The notes under the pieces: model-generated
Database searches by the model: none
What the model was told of the DNA's origin: nothing
The model's input: the letters and a program-made list of their open reading frames with translations, nothing else
In this document: positions 36,548 to 47,514 of the stretch, piece after piece
Position numbering within the stretch: position 1 is the stretch's first letter
Layout of the letters: every line of letters starts with the position of its first letter
Made by a program: the position numbers and the translations under genes
DNA from: Fimbriosthenelais zetlandica
Taxonomy: Eukaryota
DNA length: 64,000 nucleotides
Direction of reading: 5' to 3'
Assembly: GCA_977030845.1 (NCBI GenBank)
Contig: OZ365118.1
Coordinates: 14,570,001 to 14,634,000, forward strand

Positions 36548-37370
36548 GTTGACTTGAGGTGTGACATTACTATAGTGTGGGGCGTTTTTTGCACGCCTTT
36601 AATTGATAAAGTATGATGTCTTTCATCCACAACTACCATGACGCATAATAATAAAGGGACAAGCACATTGTATGCAAGGCAATCCATATGGGTTGAAACG
36701 GTGATATATAAAGTCTATGTATATGAGCAACAAGGGGTTTAGAGACTACCCCTGCCTCCCCTGAAACCCAACCCGTGTACAAAGGTGTGGTGTCTATTTT
36801 GACAAGAATAAAGCATAATTATTTGCATAATAAATTCTTAACTTAGCCAGTGATGTTTCTGTTAATGAGCATATGGACCCGCGGCGTGGGAACCTCCCTA
36901 CTGATATTAAATACATTGTCTGTGTATATACGTGCCGCCGTATATATTGGGTATACCTTATTATACTGTCATTAATTGTACAATACAAACTGCAAATTCA
37001 CATGATGTGTTCATTTCACTCTAATAGGTCAACTTGTAGATACATATTATAACTTAATATTTTGTGGCTATATCCAGATTTTTATGAGTTACTTCTTTTT
37101 TGAAAAAACATATTTTGTACTATGATCTTACAATTGTCTTTGTGTTCACTGGTATGTAGGTTTAACAATATATGCCAGCAGTAACTAAGCCTATTCGAAA
37201 TTATTTGTATCGATGCTATGGAAATCCAAATTTATGTTATTTTCCCCCACTTTTTGACAAGTCCAGATTGGCTTGATTCATCTCATCTGGTTACATATAT
37301 AAGTGTACCAATTGAATAGAGTCAAGTGAGAATATGGCCCGGCAAGTGTCACATCACCTAAAGAGTTGAA

Positions 37371-37482
37371 GAGGGACCTAAAGGGCCCCACCTTAAGGCC
37401 CTCCCTTTCCCTGAGAAGGGGTCGGGACCTAAGGGTCGGGACCCGAAGGCCCCTTTAAAAGAGGGTCGGGACCTAATGGCCC
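37371..37482. repeat. Cluster of GGGTCGGGACC direct repeats
   Basis: Three copies (about 37419, 37433 and 37463) and a related GGGACCTAA at 37373; probably internal repeats of a transposon. Confidence 0.7.
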
Positions 37483-40400
37483 CCCTCGCGACAAAAAGGT
37501 CACCAGAAAGTAGCAAGGTCATTTTCCCCGCCGCGAGGTCCTCATTGTCCTAAACCGTGCATAATAGCGAGCATAATATGATTATTACTCTTAAAAAAAT
37601 AATAAGAACTTGTGTACAAGCATAGCGTGGTCTTCATTCTCCACTAAATGTGTGACGACCACCAGCCGCCTTATCATCCATGTGTCGACTGTTATGCATT
37701 TCTTGCCCATTGACCTTTTTTCACACAAGACAGAGTTATTTTGTATCATATAGGAATAAACATTTAGCAATAGTAGGGTCTTAGTTGTCCCTTTTTTATT
37801 TCTCTTTTTTCCACATTTTTGTTGTTGAAAAAAAAGCAAAGAAAATGAAACGATAGGGTACAATGTGTGTTCTATTTTTGGGAAGGAGTTATTTAATAGC
37901 GGAAGATTTTAACAGGCCACAGGCAGCAGAGGATGCATACTACTACTATATATATACTAAAGAATAAAACAAACTTGTGTCAGTAACTTTCTTGACTTAG
38001 CGTCCTTTCTTGTACCCTTAGACAAGATTCTTTAGACATTTTTATGAACGTGGATGAGAGCACCTCTCTGTATGTTGGTCTTGGAATATTTTGGGAGCGT
38101 TGCAAACTTTTATCTGATTTTCTTTACAATAGTTTTAACAAATAGATTTAATTACAATCGATCGCGCAACGCACCCCTTCTCCTTTACAAGTGGGAAATA
38201 CATTAATTTAAATTTAAGGTGGGAAAAACATTAAATCTCTTGTGAAACCATTCTTATGCCAATGATTATGGCGAATTTTCCCCCAACTTCAATATGACAA
38301 TGTTGAGGTGGGAAGTTTGTTAGCCTCATTGCTATGGGAATGGTTAGATCAACGCACCGAGTGACTCGCAATTCTGTTCATGAGTCAGTTACCTTTACTG
38401 TGTTGCTCCATGTGTGCATGCATGTGTCATACTTCGCTTCCATACTCTATGAAAGGTTGGGTATGGGGAAGGGGGGAGGGCGGAGATGTTAAATATATAT
38501 ATCATCCTGTGTGCGCGAACTATCCAAACTAACTTCTCCCTAAGAGGAGAAAAATAAGAGGCCAAATGAGTGCTACGTCCCTGAACTGCTGCCAAGTATC
38601 GAATATAATGGTAACCATTTAATATGATACAGCAAACCTGTCCAGCACTGGCTGAATGCGAGGTGATTGGGGTCGGGGTCGTTATAGCAACCATTAGGCA
38701 TTCTCTCTACCTGTATGTCTGTAGCTATTGATCTACTCACGACCTGCTCGTACGTGCTCATGCGCTATACATTCATGTCAACCCTGCCCTCTGATGCACT
38801 GAATAACCCTTTTAACTTTCAGTTCATGTTCTCTCTCTCCCACTCTGGGTTTTATCATTGCCTTTCCCGACTATTTATAAACTTTTGATATATATTGATT
38901 AGTTTTAATCTTTTTGTGACTGGTGGTGGTTTGGGGGGTTGGGGTGGGGGGGGGGGGTTGCGGGGTGGGGTGGTGATGATGATGGTAAAGATGCGCTAAG
39001 GTGTCTACAAGGATCCCACCTTTGATCCTTGTAGGGTGAGAGTGCATGTGCATCAAACCTAGCCAGTCTTTTTCCTCTTTGAATAAAACACGAACAGGAC
39101 CATTTGGCGTCCGGTGGATGGTGGGTGGTGGTGCGCGCGTGCATGTTTCTTGCGGCGTGGTCTATACACTCATGCGCTGTGCATCATGTGTGAAAGCAGA
39201 GGCAAGGGTGGGGAGATCAAACAGGCAAGACTTCTTCACCCTGGCCTTGCGAGGAGCTGGGTGGGTAGGAGGGGGAATGGGGTGGGTATAGTGGGGGTAA
39301 TGCCTGGGGTTGATCTTGAGTAGTCAGTATACATGTAATGTACTCCATGCACTCTCACCCTTACCTCTACTGTCTGCCTGCCTTATTGACTGCAGTATTA
39401 AGGGGGAGAAGGCAGGTGAGGAGGTGCAGGAGTTGGCAAGCTTGCCCTCACCTCCATTCTCCAGTCTTTGTACTCAGCACGCTCTGACGATCACCTTCAA
39501 TAAACTCTGTCCTTGAGAGCCCAAGATAGCCAGCCTCATGGCCGTCTATCCCCTGCCAATACAGACCCTATGGGCAAGCATCTTTTACAACACCCCCCCC
39601 CCCCCGCCTCTTCGTACCTCCATTCTATCCGCTCCCTCTAAAGCTGGCCTTTGTCATCACAAACTTCTCTTCTTCTTTCTTCTCCTTCCTTCAGCAGTCT
39701 TTGCTCATGGACCATCTGCTTTGTCCCTTCTATTCTTTCACCTGTCTTTTTCTTCCCCTCATTCCGATTCACTTCCCTTTCTTCCTTTCAATTCCCTTGA
39801 TAGATCACTTTCCCCAACATGCTTCCTCTCTCCTTCCAGCTCATTTCTCCCATTTCCCTATACTACTTCTGCTCTCCCTCCTACTCTCCCGCACCACCCG
39901 TCTATTCTCCACCAACCCTGCAATGTATACATTGGCTATTTTGCACAGGACTCCTCCATGCGCCTTCAGTCCTTCGCTTTCCAATACTGGCGATCATGTA
40001 TTTTCTGCCTAGCTCGGGGAAAAACCATCGCATGCCATTTATCTTTCTCTGTATTTCTGGCACCGTTTGTGTTCATTATTTGTGGGAATTGGCTGGGATA
40101 AATGGATAGGGGTGACTAAATGTAACGTAAATCAATCACCCTAGTGAACCTTAAAACCCTATTATACAGCTACTGTGTTGATGATCAATAGCTAGGTGAC
40201 ATGATGAGACCACGGCTGGCTATTTCTCCACCAGACGAGTGCCATGTCCCCCCATTTTCATGCACTTCTCAGTCAGTCTGAGAACCCCGTTTGCCAGGCC
40301 AGACTCATTAAGCATACATTATCATAGATTATTGTACACTCTTTGTGTGTACAACAAAGTAAATAAATCCTAGAGTAGGAGGATGGGGAGGGGGAGGATG

Positions 40401-43400
40401 GTGCTGGATCGGCTGCTACCCGTCCTTCCTGCTTCTGATCCCATCTCTCTAGCCAGTCGTGTATACAGTGGTGGTGGACCTCTCCTCCAGCGAGCTATGC
40501 CCCCATATACCCACCCACCCACCCACCAGGTCCTATACCCAGTTTGATGTATCACTGTAGCAGCGTCTCACATGCTACCCCTCCGGCTGGGCCTGGCTGG
40601 AGGGTCAGTGGGGGCCAGGCGATGGTGGGCCGAGATTGGATCCCCCGCTTTGTCCCCGGCCGATCCCAGCACCAAACATGGAGCCTACTTGTTATGGGTC
40701 GCGGCGCTCAAGCCATGGCCCGAGCCGGCCTAAGTCATGAGCGGCCACAGAATGTCAATGTAGCTGCACGTACTGTTCTAATGATCTCATTTATTCCGAC
40801 AACTGGCTAGATCCCGCTCCATCCATAATATATTGGTCATCAATACGGAGAGAGGAAGAGGAGGTGGTGGTGGTGGTGGTGGTGGCGGTGGGGAGGTGAT
40901 GCTATACCATAGCTACCCCTCCTCCCCCCCACCTCCTCCTACATCCAGTAGTAGGGTGGTGATATAAAACATTCCGTACACATTATTACCCGCGCTTATA
41001 AAACAGCCCAAAATACCATTACTCCCAGGCTACGCTCCCCTTGCAAACATGCTCGAGCAAGACACCATCAGGGACGAGCTACTCAACATCGTATTGTAAA
41101 GGCACCTGCTCTAATTGCACAATTAAATATTTATCGTCATTTCATGAAGATTCTCTCTGCCGCTCTCTCTCTCTCTCTCTCTGTCTCCATATCGGCGGAA
41201 TGGGTTTGGGGAGAAGGTCCACAACTCGTGCATTTGTCAGGGCAATTGCGCTGCGCGCGCGGGCCCAATGCTCCTGTATCAGGGGTCCCTCTCCGATTTC
41301 AATAAATGGAATGAATAAAAGATGGCCAAGGACGTCTGATGTGTGTCTGGTGGTTAGATTAGAGGAAGCGAGCTGCTGCCCCTTCTTCTTCTTCCTCCTC
41401 CTCCTCCTCCCTCTCCTCTCCCACTTCCTGGTATAAGACATTCTTAACGCAATTTCACCATCAGCGCAAATGAGAGGGGTTTCTTGTGGCGATGTGGGGG
41501 CGTGCTTTCATCATGTTTTCTGTTATAACCACTGACCCTGTCAGTATACTTGACCGTGTCTATCCGGTTCTAGACCTCGTCCCGGACGTCTATTTTATAG
41601 TGGTAACATCTAAAGGCAAGGTGGTAAGTGACTATTTAGGTTTTTGTCCACGTCAGAGTGACCGAAAACATCTCGTCTACGTCCGCTCTATAGGCCAAGC
41701 GCTTACTCAGGACCTTACTAAATCCGAGATATAAAATAAATTTAAGATAAACAGACACGTCCGAGCAACTAGCCTTGGCTGAGGTATTTTTTTTTAGTCT
41801 GGTGGGGATTTTTTTTCAAACTTGAGGAAGACACAATGAACCTTTGTCATTTAGACCTACGTCCAACGACACGAGATCAAAAAGAAAGATAACATGATGA
41901 TCAATTGAAACATGCTGAGTAAGCAGATCTATTCTGCCTCACTAAGTGGCTGCTATACATTGGGTGCCTGGCTGTTGTGCTGGCGCAGGTTTGCCTCACG
42001 CTTGCAGACGTAGCATCCTGATGCTACACTGGCCAACACACACACACCAACAGTTGCAGCATCAGCATTTACGATGATCTTTGTGGCATCTCTCTTTCTT
42101 CTCTCTTTCTCTACCTCTCTTTCTCTCTATACAGCTCTCTCAGCACATCTTGATTGCTTGAGGAGAGCTATACATAGCATTGTTGGGCTATAGTTGTCAT
42201 GGGCTTTGTGTGAACCACTAGATATACTGTACTGCTCTTGCTTATTCTGCACCAAGGGCAGCAGAAGCAGGAGCAGTCTGAGGAAGATATATATATTAGC
42301 CTGTTCATCCCGAGAAGACCGAATCTCCTGAACATCTCACTCACCCACTGACTGGAGTCACATCGCCACCAGACCCAACTCTCTTGCAGACATGTTAGCA
42401 ACCTGATGAAACGGCAACAGCTTCCGGGCTTTAAACTTGTGCCCAGCAAACAAACTAGCTTAGGCCTAAATAATGCCCCCAACATCTTACATCTTTATTG
42501 CATAGTTCGATGATATGCTTTGAACTGCCAACTTTCTTGTTTTGACACCACCCCTTGACAGACTATAAACTTCAAACATGTAAGATATCAGCTGTTGAGT
42601 AGATCCGTTAAGAAGACAGTGATAAAAGCTTTCATGTCGAGGATTGAATATCTGCGGGATTTTGATCTGTTCGGATCGAAATCTGCTGGATTTTGTCTGG
42701 TCTCCTGTTGGGAGTCCTGCAGAGATTGGCTTCCATCTCTTGTCTGAAGTATCGCAGTCACTTCAGTGTGAATCGCCCCCCACCCCCTGGTCGGGTTTGT
42801 CGTAGATATGTACATATATGCACAACTTGTATGGGTATAATCGATCTCCGCAGCACCACGCGCGGTGACAAGCGCTTGTCTAGTGCTAGGGCAATAAGAG
42901 GAACTCGAGTGAGAAGCAAGGGGTGCAAAATCAATGGTACATCAATGAGAAAGGTACCAAGGATGACATGGAGGGGGTCTGGTGGGGGTCTCTAGGACAT
43001 GATCAATCATTTGGTCATGTTCGAGCATGAATGAGTCTTTGTGTCTTCTTTATGGACATTGTTGGTTATGTCCGTATGTATGCATGCATGAACTTGAGGC
43101 TATCTCTCATCTCCATGTCATTCTCTTTTCTCTATGGGTGTATCTTTCTGATCTGGCTTTTGAGTGTCTCTTTGTCCATCCTTTCATGTCATTTGCCTAG
43201 GCTATATATTCTTTGTCCGTCCACCCAAGCAACTACATATTCTTCTATTCATCCATGTCTAATCGTTTCCATGCATCTACATTGATGACAAATTAAAATT
43301 GTCCAAATATCTGGACTTGCTTGAGTTTATATAAGGAATGACGTACATGTGAAGCGATACATGTAACTAGGGTCTGTCTGGTTTCGCACGCAGCCTCTTA

Positions 43401-44343
43401 ACTGCTAACATACATTTACATACAGATGAGGTTAGCACACCGGGTGTGGACGTATAGTCTATATACGGGTTGAGATCTCTCAGTCGACACTCATTTCATG
43501 GATTCAGATTTATTTTCCTTATATAGCGCTGCAGCATTAGAAGACAATTCATGGGGCGCGGGCTGCTGGCTGGCTGCTTTCCTCCTGGGGTGGTGGTGGT
43601 GATGGTGGTGGTGGGTGGGTGGTGGACTGTATACCATGCTATGCACCACTCCTCCACCTGCTTCTGCCCTTGCCGTACTGAGGACCCTTGAAGCAGCAGG
43701 CAGGAGCAGCAGCTGCTGCAGGAGCAAGAACAGGAGGAGGAGGAGGAGGATCCAATGGATCCATCAGTCTGGATCCTCCAGTAGGGGGGATGGGGGGTAG
43801 GTCTAGTCCTACCTCTAGCCTCTGCTGCAGCCCCGCCCGCCCACCACCCGCCACCACAGCATGTTCTGTGCCACGCGTCCAGTTCAGCCAAGGTCAGCTC
43901 TATATAGAGCCCGCCGCCTGAAGCGACCGTCGCGCGAGCAAGCGGCAGTGGCCACCGCATCATTGCCCCCCTTGCGATACAGTATACTGCTGCACACGAG
44001 CAGATCGAGAGACACTCGCGAGTAGCAAGCAAGCAGCCATGGTGCGGGGCGGCCACGGCTCGCCGCATAATTAGCATGGCTGCTATTGATTAGCCCAGAG
44101 TCTGGCCGCTAGTGCGCCATAGATTATCACCCCCACCCCATGCGCCACCTGACAGCCTATCGCTGTACTATAGGAAGAGGCGTGGGATATGGGGGAGAAT
44201 CATCATGGGCCTCTATGGGCATGTTTAGTGTAGCCAGGCCGACCCAGAGAGGGCATCATCCCGCATAAAGGACAATGAATCTCCCAACGCTTATCCCACT
44301 CACATGAACAAACATGATCATCATGAGATAAGCTTCCTCCTTT

Positions 44344-44434
44344 AGTCATGAAGGAGGTGGTTCATCCAGTCATGAAGGAGGTGGTTCATCCAGTCATGAA
44401 GGAGGTGGTTCATCCAGTCATGAAGGAGGTGGTT
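44344..44434. repeat. 24-bp minisatellite (AGTCATGAAGGAGGTGGTTCATCC x3.8)
   Basis: Identical units starting at 44344, 44368, 44392 and 44416 (last one truncated). Confidence 0.95.
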
Positions 44435-46842
44435 TAAACTCAATCAGCAGAATACATGTATAAAGAAGTCTTCTTCCTTAGTCCCCGCTTTGAGGGCCTT
44501 TTATAAGGAGGGCTGCAATCATTGTAGGCCTAAAACATGTTGATTGTGACTTTCCACTAGCATAGAGCTAATAGTTTAATGTATGCTATATAGTGGAAAG
44601 CAGTGTTGAAATGTTTTAAACATTTCAAGAATGCAGTAGTAGTCAAACCAGAGGACATGCACCCGAATCCTGGTTGAACTTCCCATCCGTCAGTGGGTCA
44701 AATTCTGGGGGAACTCGGCCTACTTGTTGCCAAGCAACATGTTCCTCGAAATGCGTCAACATTTGAGAAAAAAAAGTGCAGATCACAGCCATGGAGACTT
44801 TAAATGTTGGAGGTTAACCTTTTGTTTTGATTGGGAAACTTTTGGTTCCTCCCCATCCCATGGACTGCACTTAACGACTCTGTCATGTGTATTGTGAGAA
44901 TCCCCTCTACCGTTTCATTCTCCATAAACTATCACAGCTTCAAAGGGACAATCACTTTTTTGCGGTTACTGATCCGATTTGGGGAGTTGGGAGTAGTGGG
45001 GAGGAGGGTAGAGGTATTTATTGCACACAATGATCTTTTCTCGACATCTCGCGAGAGGCGTGACATGACGTGATGTGACAGGTTTTGTGACCTCAAGGGC
45101 TGGTGGGATGAAGTGTAGAGCAGAAGTTGTGACGTAAATGCGCGTTCCCTATATATCAGACTGGGCGAGACGGCAGCTTTTAACCGGGGCGTGCTATCAC
45201 AAAGGAAAGCGTTTCCATGGTTTCCAAAGGTCACATGGGCAGGAAGAGATCGGCTGAGGCCAGCAGAAACAAAGGCTAGACTTTAGATAACCGCTGACGA
45301 CTTATTTCCTCCATTCTCTATCAATCTCATCCTCCATTTATCCACACTTTGATGAGGGCCGTCAGTATTTTAAATCTTTGTTTGGCACGTATCCATCAAG
45401 ACGCTCCTCCCTGGGCATAGGCATAAGTGGCATATCTATAGTGGAATGCCGATCAGCTAATTTGTCGTTCCCTCATCTTTATTCCTAGTGACGAAGAAGT
45501 AGATGATATACATTTAATACGAGTCTTCATTAATATAAAATCTGTTCACGTTCAAAGGGTGATTTAATGCACTTGCTGATTCCGATGGACAAGCAATTCC
45601 CCCACATATGTATTATTATAATCAGAGTATAGGGTACTCAAACATCCATATTTGTTAAATATTATACACATGGACAAACTGCATTTTTTAGGAATTAAGA
45701 TGGAGGTTGGCGGTGGGGGTGAGGGAGGGAAGTTTGTGCCACTACCCCCTAAACAACCCCCTCTCCCCGCTACGGGCCCATTGACGTAATATTCTCTGTG
45801 CTAATAAATAATTTATAACGATACCTTATTTTCATATTACTCAGCGATATAGGTCCATGGGTGGTTCTACATTTTCTCACATTTTTTTTAATGCTAAACG
45901 ACCTCTGCCCCTTCCTATACAAACATCTAATCATCTAGCATTTAGCATTATACCTGCGCCTAATTTTCTCAAAATGAACCAATACCAATTTCGTAGTTAT
46001 ACACAGCCAATAAAATTACACCCAGCGTTCCTTTCCGAACACATTTTCTGTTCGCTAAATAATACCTTATGTAAGCGAGACGGTGGCAGGAGATAAATTA
46101 CATTCGTTTTTAACTCAGACCTGATTATGGCGCCGAAAATATTTGTCTATCGCCCCCCTCAGATCCATTATTCTCCCCTCCGAATGGGAGAAAATCATTG
46201 AGGAAGTTTGCCCCGATGACTTGTTTTCATGATTTTTTGGGGGGTGTGTGTTTTTACTATTTTTCTTTCTACCTAATCACGATTTAATAAGAGAGGAATA
46301 CAGAAGGGGGAGGGGGGGTGGGGGGTTGAGAAAAAAGTGGATATGGCTTTGATATACCCGTGGAAATGATCATTGAACGATGGTGAAGTGAATGATTCTT
46401 CCACGCTTCAATTCTGACAAGCCATGTTTAGTTTTGACATGGTCGATCATAGATCTTTACAAATCTTTACACTGAAGGCGGAACAAAGATACGCCTTATA
46501 AATAAAAGGCCTTAGTCATCTAAGTATGCTGGTAACATACATTGGCCAGGTGCAGTAGAGAAAAAGACTATCATTCACCAGTGTGGGATGGTATTTGGAG
46601 ACAGATACATGCACTGTTTGTATGGGAATTAAAGCACCTGTTCGCTTCATTGACTAATTGACTCATTCCCCGACATCCTATCAATTAATTAATTGGCAAA
46701 AAGCTTTGTAAGCACATAATTTGTATTGCACAAGTAACAAAATTCCAACCTATACAAACATTCAGTATTGATCAGTAACAAAATAATTGCTAAATTTACG
46801 ATGCTACTTCCATATTAAATTTATATAATTCAACTATAATTA

Positions 46843-47514
46843 TCACAATTTTTGGAAAATGACACACCAATTACCTTTATCATAATAAGACTCTAGGATA
46901 TGAACATTTGAAAGGGATTGGCAGAGCGCTTCTAGCTCCCCCTGTTGGAAAACGTGATAGAACCTATGAACCACGCTTCCCTGGCTCTCCCCACTCTTTC
47001 CTCCCCTTTCCCCGTCAGTCTCCCCTCCCTTCCCTCCACCCTCCCCCGCTCTCTTCTTACTATGCCAAGGCACCAATAAGTCCTGATTTTCAAAATGCGT
47101 CCGGTTTACATGGACGGATAACTTCCTATCTAGTTTCTCCGCTTCAGGCCCAGGGGAGTTGGAACACATATTTGCCGTCTCCAGCCCTACCGCGCCATCT
47201 CGTGCGGTACTTGGAAAACAAACCGTCCCTAGCCCAACCGCTCCATCTGGTGTTACCCCAACGAACTCCTCTTTCTCCCCAGTGTCTGAACTGGGAATGA
47301 CTTGAGGCGTTGCCTCTGACAAAGAGATGCCCTTCATCTTGAGTAGTTGCTCTTCTTGTGTTTTGAGGTCGTCTTTTCTCTTTATTCGTGTGTCTTTGAG
47401 ATAGTTAGATTTAACCTTGTCTTTCTCTTGCTCCAGGGCCCAGACATAGATGAGGCCTTGTCCTCCAGGCGCTAAAACCCTGACCACCTCCTCTACAGCT
47501 CTCCTCCTACGCTC
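46843..47514 (-). CDS. ALKBH8: ALKBH8 exon 11 (terminal)
   Basis: [26 protein letters not shown]...QDLLVPWH...[12 protein letters not shown]...[14 protein letters not shown]. Confidence 0.95.
   Translation of the reverse strand, partial: ERRRRAVEEVVRVLAPGGQGLIYVWALEQEKDKVKSNYLKDTRIKRKDDLKTQEEQLLKMKGISLSEATPQVIPSSDTGEKEEFVGVTPDGAVGLGTVCFPSTARDGAVGLETANMCSNSPGPEAEKLDRKLSVHVNRTHFENQDLLVPWHSKKRAGEGGGKGGETDGERGGKSGESQGSVVHRFYHVFQQGELEALCQSLSNVHILESYYDKGNWCVIFQKL

Noticed and set aside
39365-39575. Minus-strand exon-like block (GLYWQGIDGHEAG...) plus a 25-nt microexon
   Set aside because: The spliced reading stops immediately in the microexon and no homology is recognisable.
39538-40109. Overlapping 96-187-aa Leu/Ser/Phe/Pro-rich ORFs
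   Set aside because: Artefact of a pyrimidine-rich tract that lacks stop codons.
41894-42021. ATGATGA...CTGA...CTGA as a C/D-box snoRNA
   Set aside because: The terminal stem is only 2-3 bp, I recognise no rRNA-complementary guide, and there is no known host intron.
42588-42815. Minus-strand ORF ending MKAFITVFLTDLLNS-TGA (signal-peptide-like, possible readthrough)
   Set aside because: No SECIS or readthrough context, no homology recognised and no supporting splice sites.
43450-43470. AACCCGTA (miR-100/miR-10 family 5' end) on the minus strand
   Set aside because: Only 8 nt match; the rest of the mature sequence and a proper precursor are absent.
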